Shown one piece after another: positions 46,869 to 53,960 of a DNA stretch of 64,000 nt. The notes beneath the pieces are model-generated. The model ran no database searches and was not told the origin of the DNA. It saw nothing but the letters and a program-made list of their open reading frames with translations. Position numbers and translations under genes: made by a program. Numbering within the stretch: position 1 is the stretch's first letter; the number at the start of each line of letters is the position of its first letter. The DNA is from a virus (taxonomy: Duplodnaviria > Caudoviricetes): positions 32,001 to 96,000 of IMG/VR virus record IMGVR_UViG_3300026549_000054. One strand, 5' to 3'.

Positions 46869-47340
46869 AAGAGTCAGTTTTCTCAATCACCTCATCATAA
46901 GCGATGTTAATGAGTTTAACCATTTGTTCCCTCTCACGAAGGTAAATTTTCATAAACATAAAATACTCCTGGAGCATGCGATAACAGAAATCTAACTGTT
47001 TCTTAAATTCGTTCAGATCTCCTTTACATTCGCCTACTGTCCAGGTGAATCTCCAATCTCGGTCAACATCACGATAAAGGAGATTTTTGAAACCTTTACT
47101 GTCGGCCTGCTTACCATAACCAATGCAGACCAAAACATAGGTTTTATCAGTATGTTCCGGATCATTCCAATCAACACCGAAGATAGGAGCATTTTCGCTA
47201 TATCCAAACTGAATCATGGCCTTCTTCCAATCTTCCGGTAAATCCTTTACATACAGAGCATTATGGTAAATGACCCACGAACCAGGAACATTAGCTTCAA
47301 TTAGTTCCTCAATCTTTCCGATATTCTTAAAAATTCCCAT
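46864..47340 (-). CDS. hypothetical protein
   Basis: starts MGIFKNI; AAGGA RBS. Confidence 0.65.
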   Translation of the reverse strand: MGIFKNIGKIEELIEANVPGSWVIYHNALYVKDLPEDWKKAMIQFGYSENAPIFGVDWNDPEHTDKTYVLVCIGYGKQADSKGFKNLLYRDVDRDWRFTWTVGECKGDLNEFKKQLDFCYRMLQEYFMFMKIYLREREQMVKLINIAYDEVIEKTDSL

Positions 47341-47366
47341 TTTAAATTTCCTTTTTATTGCAGTTA

Positions 47367-47597
47367 TTAACATACTTCTGTTACTACTTCATATTGAATG
47401 TTCTGTTTATCAAGTTCGTCTTTTACCAACGGCAGTTCATATTCGGCAAAACAAACTCGGTCATTGAAATCATATCCCCACTTAAATTCGTAAGTGCGTT
47501 CAATAGGGCGACATCCGAGCATACCAGGTTTACCCATAGTGGCTCTTGTAATAAAGTCCACCATTATCTTATCACCACTTACAATATGATAAACCAT
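47367..47597 (-). CDS. hypothetical protein
   Basis: member of the gene run. Confidence 0.6.
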   Translation of the reverse strand: MVYHIVSGDKIMVDFITRATMGKPGMLGCRPIERTYEFKWGYDFNDRVCFAEYELPLVKDELDKQNIQYEVVTEVC

Positions 47598-47599
47598 TC

Positions 47600-47917
47600 T
47601 TACACCTTCTTCCAGTAAGTGATACGATACTTGGAACCTTCATACAGATATGGAACCTTACCGATATAATCGTGTTCCGGATGCTTTTCCATAAACTTCA
47701 AACATTCTTGCTCAGATCCCACGAACTCACTAAATTCATACTTATTCGGGTCATTGGGATCCGAGACCTGAAAGTCAACCGGACGCATACCCAAAACCTG
47801 CGGGTGTTCGTCAAGTTTCTTGTCAATCTTTGCCTGGAACTTTTTGGCAATCTTTTCGGCCTTCTCTGCGCGGGCTATTGCCATTTCTGCCTTAGTTCTA
47901 CGATGACGCTTTGCCAT
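47600..47917 (-). CDS. hypothetical protein
   Basis: KRHRRTKAEM N-terminus. Confidence 0.65.
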   Translation of the reverse strand: MAKRHRRTKAEMAIARAEKAEKIAKKFQAKIDKKLDEHPQVLGMRPVDFQVSDPNDPNKYEFSEFVGSEQECLKFMEKHPEHDYIGKVPYLYEGSKYRITYWKKV

Positions 47918-47921
47918 ATTC

Positions 47922-48164
47922 TTACCCCAACTTGTTCTGGTTCAAAAGTGTAACGAAAGTTGTATATTCGCACTTGGCATACTTCAAATGAAGCATCCTG
48001 CCATTAACCTTCAAATCTACTCCATCGTCCTTGAATTCGCCAATTTTGCCATTATTCTTATAAATCGCAAGTCCCATAACATTCGTCTTGTCATTCTTGA
48101 AACCCTTTATTTCACAGCCCGCCACAGAAAGCAACTGCATAACGATGTTCTTATTGATATTCAT
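47922..48164 (-). CDS. hypothetical protein
   Basis: AGGAG RBS. Confidence 0.6.
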   Translation of the reverse strand: MNINKNIVMQLLSVAGCEIKGFKNDKTNVMGLAIYKNNGKIGEFKDDGVDLKVNGRMLHLKYAKCEYTTFVTLLNQNKLG

Positions 48165-48181
48165 TCCGGTTTCTCCTTAGA

Positions 48182-48346
48182 TTAAAGTCCCATTTGAAGG
48201 TTGATAAAGCCATCCAAGAAAATCAAACCAAAGAACACTACCATACCGACAATACCCTGGAGAATGTACTTTCTCTTTTCCTTACGAGCCATAGCGCGGT
48301 TGTATTCTGTCCAGTTCGTGTAACCATTCGGGATGTATTCGTTCAT
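48182..48346 (-). CDS. 54-aa membrane peptide
   Basis: MNEYIPNG...GIVGMVVFFGLIFLDGF..GL*; GAGG RBS; promoter at 48377-48405. Confidence 0.6.
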   Translation of the reverse strand: MNEYIPNGYTNWTEYNRAMARKEKRKYILQGIVGMVVFFGLIFLDGFINLQMGL

Positions 48347-48452
48347 AGTTTAACCTCTTGTTTAATTTCTAAAGTAAATATAGATAATTTAAACTGAACT
48401 GTCAATAGTTTTATTCACCTTTTCTGTAACTTTTTCTTTACATACATAATCT

Positions 48453-48728
48453 ATGACTAATTTTGATGGCTTCTTAACAAATAATAATGCAGTTTTAATT
48501 AACTTCGTGTCAGTATATGACAATGACCCTTATTTACAAAAGTTTACAGAAGATTCATCAGATAAAAAAGAGGTAGTATATAAGACTACCTTCAATGGAA
48601 TTTTAACAAATACAGAAGATTACTTGAAATGTACTTTAACAGAATTTAAGAGCATTTATGAGAATGATTTGTATTTAAGTAACTTTAAAGAAACAATTAA
48701 AAATGAATTAGAAGAATTTTTAGAATAA
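48453..48728 (+). CDS. only credible plus-strand gene (91 aa)
   Basis: overlaps no minus-strand gene; followed by a terminator at 48750-48784; ends LEEFLE. Confidence 0.55.
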   Translation: MTNFDGFLTNNNAVLINFVSVYDNDPYLQKFTEDSSDKKEVVYKTTFNGILTNTEDYLKCTLTEFKSIYENDLYLSNFKETIKNELEEFLE

Positions 48729-48749
48729 TCTAGTTTGCTATCGCAAACA

Positions 48750-48784
48750 AAAACATTTGAAGGATAAACCTTCAAATGTTTTTT
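48750..48784. terminator. bidirectional terminator
   Basis: aaaacatttgaagg-ataaa-ccttcaaatgtttt. Confidence 0.7.
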
Positions 48785-49226
48785 ATTTTCTATAAAGGAG
48801 AATTAAATCTTTTTGGGCAACCGGGAAGTTTGAAACTTCAGCCTATTTAGGAACACTAGAACTGAAGTTTTTGATTCTTTTTGGTATAACGTATGAAGAA
48901 TCACTTCTGTGGGATTTACGAATAAGCTTATGGGTCGGTCTTCCTGTACTCCAGCTACATCTTATTCAACCAAGGCGGCTATGTGTTAAACTTGCGAAGT
49001 TTAACTACGATGTTAGATTTTCAATGATAGTTTACTCAGTCTTCAAACCTTTTAACCTATCCAAGTGTGTAACTAACTTTTACACATATTGGCTATCCCT
49101 CTACCGATAGTGGCATTGAATTGTACTTCGTTCCGAGGAAATAGACTTTCAAATGTCAATAGCCAAATATAGTAATTATTACTTTATGTGTAAAAAATTT
49201 TAAAAATTTTTGATCTGCAGAATTAG

Positions 49227-49298
49227 AGCCCTATACCAGATTCGGACTGGTGCCACCTGCTTGGAAGGCAGAAATGCTAACCACTACACCAATAGGAC
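49227..49298 (-). tRNA. tRNA-Gly(TCC)
   Basis: loop CTTCCAA; U73. Confidence 0.9.
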
Positions 49299-49302
49299 AG
49301 TA

Positions 49303-49378
49303 TCTCCCCTACTGGAGTCGTACCAGTGTTATTTTTCGGTGTAAACGAAGTGCCATAAACCATCTAGGCGAAGGGGAG
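49303..49378 (-). tRNA. tRNA-Val(TAC)
   Basis: loop TTTACAC; A73. Confidence 0.82.
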
Positions 49379-49382
49379 TTAG

Positions 49383-49451
49383 TTGCAGGTATGGGTGCCG
49401 ACACCACTGCCACAAAGATATGAGCTTCGTGTGTATGCCGATACCCCTGCA
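49383..49451 (-). tRNA. degenerate tRNA-Met(CAT)
   Basis: CGAAG-CTCATAT-CTTTG; reduced D arm and aberrant T arm. Confidence 0.5.
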
Positions 49452-49455
49452 ATAG

Positions 49456-49526
49456 TTGTTCGTGCTGGAATCGGACCAACATTAAGTGATTCAGAGTCAC
49501 CTGTACTACCGTTATACTAACGAACA
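49456..49526 (-). tRNA. tRNA-Gln(CTG)
   Basis: GGTGA-CTCTGAA-TCACT. Confidence 0.9.
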
Positions 49527-49534
49527 ATAATTTA

Positions 49535-49606
49535 TCCCAATGCCGGAGAACGATTCCGAACTACAAGTGCCACAAACTTGTGTGCTACCAATTACACCAC
49601 ATCAGG
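49535..49606 (-). tRNA. tRNA-His(GTG), atypical T loop
   Basis: CAAGT-TTGTGGC-ACTTG; no obvious G-1:C73. Confidence 0.7.
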
Positions 49607-49616
49607 GATGAAGTAG

Positions 49617-49689
49617 TGCTCCATCAAGGACTCGGACCTTGGACTCGCTGATTAAGAGTCAGCTACTCTACCAACTGAGTTAATGGAGC
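49617..49689 (-). tRNA. tRNA-Lys(CTT)
   Basis: GCTGA-CTCTTAA-TCAGC. Confidence 0.92.
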
Positions 49690-50316
49690 ATTAGTAATAA
49701 AATCTATAATTTTTTCAACATATTTTTGTTTTTCTTCTAATGATAATTTTTGGTATTCGGCCCAATTACATCTACCAATTAAAGTCCATCCTTCACTTGA
49801 TAAATTTTGAGTTCTTTTATTATCATATAGTTTTCCTTCTTCTGTATAATGTGTCCTTCCATCTACTTCAAAATATATTTTCTTTTCAGGCCAAGCAAAA
49901 TCTAACCAATAAGGTTTAACATAATAATTATTTTCAAAATTTATATTTTTGTTTGTAAAAATGTTAAACCAACTTTGTTCTGCATAACTTCTTTGTCTTC
50001 GCCCTATCCAAGAACTTGCTCTACCTTCTTTGTGTGCTTTTATCATTCCTTTTGATATATTTTTTCTTCCTTGCTCAGACATAATATATTTTTTATATGG
50101 TATTTTATTTGGATTTAATTCACAATGTTTTTCGTGATTAATCATTGTTGATTTTGTTGTATATTTTGAAAAACCACAAAATTTACAAGATAAATTATAT
50201 TTTGGTTGTTGTCCTCCATTATTTAATATATTATGAACTTTTATTTTATGACTGTATAATTCTTTCTTATCATCAAAGATTTCTTTACATATTTTACATT
50301 TATATTTTAATTTCAT
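49663..50316 (-). CDS. Zn-finger plus DUF559/Vsr-like endonuclease
   Basis: two C2H2/C2HC-like fingers; YWLDFAW..EVDGRTH; the ORF ends inside tRNA-Lys. Confidence 0.75.
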   Translation of the reverse strand: MKLKYKCKICKEIFDDKKELYSHKIKVHNILNNGGQQPKYNLSCKFCGFSKYTTKSTMINHEKHCELNPNKIPYKKYIMSEQGRKNISKGMIKAHKEGRASSWIGRRQRSYAEQSWFNIFTNKNINFENNYYVKPYWLDFAWPEKKIYFEVDGRTHYTEEGKLYDNKRTQNLSSEGWTLIGRCNWAEYQKLSLEEKQKYVEKIIDFITNAPLTQLVE

Positions 50317-50331
50317 ATTTTTATTTATTTA

Positions 50332-50405
50332 AGCACACTGAGGGATTTGAACCCCCGAATCGCGGAGTTGCAGTCCGCTGCATTACCAGGCTTTGCTAAG
50401 TGTGC
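50332..50405 (-). tRNA. tRNA-Cys(GCA)
   Basis: GCGGA-CTGCAAC-TCCGC; U73. Confidence 0.92.
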
Positions 50406-50465
50406 GAATTGATTACTGTGGAAATTTATTTAAATGGCGACGTATCCTCCACCACAGTAATCTTA

Positions 50466-50539
50466 AGTGGCTACTGGGATTTGAACCCAGGTAACCTGTT
50501 TGGTAAACAGGCTCATTAACCAGACTATGATATAGCCAC
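50466..50539 (-). tRNA. tRNA-Gly(ACC), A34
   Basis: CCTGT-TTACCAA-ACAGG; U73. Confidence 0.85.
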
Positions 50540-50548
50540 ATTTGTTCG

Positions 50549-50623
50549 TACATCTGATAGGAGTTGAACCTATATCACATCGGCGTTCGTAGCACCGGAC
50601 TCTTCCAATTAAGCTACAGATGC
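50549..50623 (-). tRNA. tRNA-Arg(ACG)
   Basis: CGGTG-CTACGAA-CGCCG. Confidence 0.88.
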
Positions 50624-50629
50624 ATTTAG

Positions 50630-50716
50630 AGGAGGTAGAAGGATTTGAACCCTCGTGTGATTTCTCACCCACTGTTTTCAGGACAGGTCCGATAAGCCAG
50701 GCTCCGGCATACCTCC
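50630..50716 (-). tRNA. tRNA-Ser(TGA)
   Basis: loop CCTGAAA; long variable arm. Confidence 0.88.
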
Positions 50717-50720
50717 ATAA

Positions 50721-50794
50721 TCGCCCAGGTGGGACTCGAACCCACAAAATTCTGCTTCTAAGGCAGACACGTATACCAGTTCCATCACCGGGCG
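50721..50794 (-). tRNA. tRNA-Leu(TAG) with short variable loop
   Basis: TCTGC-CTTAGAA-GCAGA; variable loop ATTTT; A73. Confidence 0.88.
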
Positions 50795-50808
50795 TTAATT
50801 TGTTTTAA

Positions 50809-50879
50809 CAGAAGTACCAGGACTCGGACCCAGACGAACAGACTTGGAAACTGCCATGCTACCGTTACATCATACTCCT
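50809..50879 (-). tRNA. tRNA-Trp(CCA)
   Basis: loop TTCCAAG; G73. Confidence 0.88.
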
Positions 50880-50885
50880 ATTTAG

Positions 50886-50959
50886 CGACATCGGCGGGAT
50901 TCGGACCCGCGAATGATGGTTAGACAGACCACTGTGTTAGACCACTTCACCACGATGCC
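50886..50959 (-). tRNA. tRNA-Asp(GTC)
   Basis: loop CTGTCTA; G73. Confidence 0.9.
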
Positions 50960-50965
50960 ATATAG

Positions 50966-51040
50966 TCCATAGGGATGGATTTGAACCATCAGTCTCCACC
51001 TTATCAGAGTGGCAAACGGAACCAGTCGTTATGCCTATGG
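50966..51040 (-). tRNA. tRNA-Ile(GAT)
   Basis: CCACT-CTGATAA-GGTGG. Confidence 0.85.
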
Positions 51041-51052
51041 ATAATTTGTTAG

Positions 51053-51125
51053 TGCCGCCCTCCCGTAACGATCGGGAATCTCAGGATTTTCAGTCCCGCG
51101 CATAGACCATCTTTGCTAGAGCGGC
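51053..51125 (-). tRNA. tRNA-Phe(GAA)
   Basis: CGGGA-CTGAAAA-TCCTG; variant T loop. Confidence 0.85.
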
Positions 51126-51129
51126 ATAG

Positions 51130-51203
51130 TGGATACATACGGGATTCGGACCCGTGACCTCTTCAGTGCTAATGAAGCGCTCTTCCAACTGAGCTAATGA
51201 CCC
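51130..51203 (-). tRNA. tRNA-Ala(AGC), A34
   Basis: CTTCA-TTAGCAC-TGAAG; G3:U70. Confidence 0.85.
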
Positions 51204-51212
51204 AAAAGTTTA

Positions 51213-51287
51213 TGGACACATAAGGGATTTGAACCCTTGACATCCTGCGTGCAAGGCAGGCGTTCTACCAAACTGAACTAATGGCCC
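51213..51287 (-). tRNA. tRNA-Ala(TGC)
   Basis: CCTGC-CTTGCAC-GCAGG; G3:U70. Confidence 0.9.
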
Positions 51288-51294
51288 GTTTTCG

Positions 51295-51366
51295 TAGTAC
51301 ATTCGGGAGTCGGACCCGAGTTTCCGCCTTGAAAGGGCAGCGAACTAACCACTATTCTAATGTACC
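51295..51366 (-). tRNA. tRNA-Glu(TTC)
   Basis: CTGCC-CTTTCAA-GGCGG. Confidence 0.88.
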
Positions 51367-51373
51367 ATATTCG

Positions 51374-51447
51374 TAGTGCTATCCGGATTTGAACCGGAGT
51401 TTTAAGAGTGAAATTCTTATGTCCTAACCAAACTAGACGATAGCACC
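51374..51447 (-). tRNA. tRNA-Glu(TTC)
   Basis: TAAGA-ATTTCAC-TCTTA. Confidence 0.88.
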
Positions 51448-51449
51448 AT

Positions 51450-51535
51450 AAAAGAAAAATCCCGTGGTTTGTGTTCCACAGGATTTAATTTGTTACGCCG
51501 GAAAATTATAACTAATCAAATGCCTGTGTAGAACC
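51450..51535 (-). promoter_or_regulatory. attenuator (terminator/antiterminator) directly upstream of tRNA cluster 2
   Basis: terminator AAATCCTGTGG-AACACAAA-CCACGGGATTT-TTCTTTT; leader segment GTTCTACACAGGCATTT can pair with AAATCCTGTGGAAC. Confidence 0.82.
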
Positions 51536-51625
51536 TCTATCTTCGCCTGCGACTGCACCTTCAAATCGTTCGTCAATGGCGAACCAATCCTGTGCGAGGC
51601 AAATGTGGGACTTAAGCATCATCAT
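51512..51625 (-). CDS. 37-aa leader peptide of tRNA cluster 2
   Basis: MMMLKSHICLAQDWFAIDERFEGAVAGEDRGSTQAFD*; AAGGA RBS; codons match cluster-2 anticodons. Confidence 0.8.
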   Translation of the reverse strand: MMMLKSHICLAQDWFAIDERFEGAVAGEDRGSTQAFD

Positions 51626-51753
51626 AATTTCTTTTTTCCTTATATTGTATATATAACTTTTAATTTCTGTTTTTTGATTCTTTTGTTAAACACATCCAAA
51701 ATAATTGTTATTGGTTTTTCAACCGCTACACAATCATTTTGTTTACATAGACA

Positions 51754-51782
51754 AATATAGTATTTAATTTTATATTTGTCAA
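51754..51782 (-). promoter_or_regulatory. sigma70-type promoter upstream of the leader and tRNA cluster 2
   Basis: TTGACA-17 nt-TATATT. Confidence 0.75.
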
Positions 51783-51819
51783 TGGGTAAATGTAATAATT
51801 TTGATTTTTTTGATCTTCG

Positions 51820-52287
51820 TTATTTAAAGTCTTTTGCAAATTTAGCTTCTTTGATATACTCCTGCATAAGTTTTGAGGCTTCGCTTACTTCCATCCATTT
51901 GCCAAATTTAGTAACCAACTTCTGTAACTGTTCAAAAGTCAAATTCTTACATTTTGATTCAAATTCACTCTGTATATTCCACCAATCGGGAACATTCTTT
52001 GTTCCGGTACTGGAGTAGGCAGGCGTGTAATAAAAACTGTATCTAGTATTATTCTTAACTGTTCCAATTTTTATACTTGCGTCATATCCATATCCATTGT
52101 AACCAGATGAAAAAGTGATTTTACATTCAATTCTCGGTTTGCTTTGTAGATTGCCTATAATGTCAAAGCAATCAAACTGCCCACCGAATTTTAATGTTGC
52201 TAGTTTATCAACTGCTACTTTAATGTTTTCAGCATTAGTAATAGCTGTGTTGCATAAATGTTTTATTCTTTCTTCTGCGTAACTCAT
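51820..52287 (-). CDS. DF-tail family protein
   Basis: ends KEAKFAKDFK*. Confidence 0.7.
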   Translation of the reverse strand: MSYAEERIKHLCNTAITNAENIKVAVDKLATLKFGGQFDCFDIIGNLQSKPRIECKITFSSGYNGYGYDASIKIGTVKNNTRYSFYYTPAYSSTGTKNVPDWWNIQSEFESKCKNLTFEQLQKLVTKFGKWMEVSEASKLMQEYIKEAKFAKDFK

Positions 52288-52355
52288 TTTAAACTCCTAT
52301 GAAAAAGAGGGTTAGGTTGTTACACCCAACCCTCTCGGGAGGTACAACAAACTAA

Positions 52356-53771
52356 CTATTCTTCAATGGAGAAGAGCTGTTCGGTAGTGAGATGGTACAA
52401 GCACCAATCCGGGATGTAACTCTCAGTACCTGGCGTGGAAATCATAAAGATTTTCTTGAAGAAATGTTCAGGCTTCGGGAAATCAAATCCCATATCAGTG
52501 AAATAGATGATACCATCAAATTTCGCCTTTCTTTCCTTAATTGCTTCAAGAACGCATTCAGGGTTCGTGCATCCGCGACCAATCAGCTTGAAGTCGGACT
52601 TCTTCTGCTTCTGTTCGGTGAATGGACCGCAAACACCATCCCAGAAACAATAGGACACATCAGCGTGTTTTACGAACTTGTTCACAATCGCACAACCACG
52701 TTCCACGTCCTTATCGTCCATAGAGCCGGAGCAGTCAATCGCCACCAAAATGCGAGAACGGAATTTGTGCTTCTTACCAGGAACATCAAATCCCTTTCTG
52801 CGATCTGGTCGCATACGGGTATCTTCAGTGTACTTATCCACTGTGTTCGCCTTGAATCTCTTCAGGACTGTCTTCGGGTCAAATTTTGGAGTATTGGCAG
52901 CAAGAATTGCCTGGAGCAAACCACCACTAATGTTACCCCACTGAGAAGCATTTTCTGCAATGTGGTGAGTGATTTCCTGGATTTCCTGGTCTACCAGAGT
53001 ATTTTCTTCCCAACCTTCCGTAGCCTTTTCAGCTGCGTCCTGGGAGCCATCAAAATACTCATCCAATGCGTCCTTCGTCGGGTTTCCGCTTCCGCCCTTA
53101 CCCTGTTGGTTTCCCTTGCCCTGGCCCTGTCCATTACCTTGTCCCTGACCCTGACCTTGTCCCTGACCCTGTCCGCCACCACCTTGCTTTTCAGCGCAAT
53201 CCATCAACATAGAGAACACCTTTTCAAGGAACCAGTGGTCTTCTTCATTGAACTTGATTTTGGCGGTTTCTTGACGGAATTTTGCCTTGTTCGGAAATTC
53301 CTGGAGCATCTGCATAACTTCTTGCTTGTGAGTATTCAACACAGAACGCTGATTTTCGTCAAACGAGATATAGTCAGATGCCTTCTTGAAAATCTGGAGC
53401 GGGTAGCATTTACGAGTAGTGATGTGGTGCAAAGCAATTCGCAAACATTCACTAAACATAATGTAAGCCAAAATGGAACATTCCTGAATCTTGTTCAACC
53501 AAATCGGGTTATATTCCATATTGATAGCACTACCAGTGCCACGGCAATTCAAGCGGAGAGTGACCTGCGGGTCCTTGACCGGCTTTAAATCACACAAACC
53601 AAAGTATGTGAGAACCGCCGGCTCAAATTGCATCAACTTCACCGCGGAAGTGATGAGCTGTTCGGACTTGGAATTACATTCATCCCACAGTTCCATATAT
53701 TTCTTATTATCTTCTTTATAAAGCTGGGCGAGTTCGTCCTTGGGAAGATTTGAAATTTGAATTAGAGCCAT
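52356..53771 (-). CDS. DUF2201-type metallopeptidase-like/vWA protein
   Basis: MIDAS DCSGS, GRGCT and IYFTD motifs; GQ-repeat linker. Confidence 0.85.
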   Translation of the reverse strand: MALIQISNLPKDELAQLYKEDNKKYMELWDECNSKSEQLITSAVKLMQFEPAVLTYFGLCDLKPVKDPQVTLRLNCRGTGSAINMEYNPIWLNKIQECSILAYIMFSECLRIALHHITTRKCYPLQIFKKASDYISFDENQRSVLNTHKQEVMQMLQEFPNKAKFRQETAKIKFNEEDHWFLEKVFSMLMDCAEKQGGGGQGQGQGQGQGQGNGQGQGKGNQQGKGGSGNPTKDALDEYFDGSQDAAEKATEGWEENTLVDQEIQEITHHIAENASQWGNISGGLLQAILAANTPKFDPKTVLKRFKANTVDKYTEDTRMRPDRRKGFDVPGKKHKFRSRILVAIDCSGSMDDKDVERGCAIVNKFVKHADVSYCFWDGVCGPFTEQKQKKSDFKLIGRGCTNPECVLEAIKERKAKFDGIIYFTDMGFDFPKPEHFFKKIFMISTPGTESYIPDWCLYHLTTEQLFSIEE

Positions 53772-53814
53772 AAATTTGTACCTCTTAAATTAGTTTTCGT
53801 TTTTCGTATAGTCT

Positions 53815-53870
53815 AATATAGTAAATTGTGAGACGTATGTCAATCCAAATTGGGTAAAATAAAATTTACA
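53815..53870 (-). promoter_or_regulatory. sigma70-type promoter with box
   Basis: TTGACA-17 nt-TATATT; GGTAAA-N6-TTTACA 9 nt upstream of -35. Confidence 0.75.
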
Positions 53871-53960
53871 AAGAAAAAAGGTGGTTTTCCCATTTAGTTG
53901 AGAAAACCACCCTCAACCACCAATAAGGAAATTTGGGCATTATACCCAAAACGAATTAGA

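Noticed and set aside
48800-49200. tmRNA or RNase P RNA
   Set aside because: No tRNA-Ala-like ends or tag ORF, and no RNase P consensus was recognised; kept only as an unassigned structured region.
49309-50808. ORF-track entries 49309-49527, 50463-50747, 50620-50808 and the 5' extension of 40171-40917
   Set aside because: They overlap well-formed tRNA genes.
53100-53190. CCCTGA-type short tandem repeat
   Set aside because: It simply encodes the GQ linker of the vWA protein.
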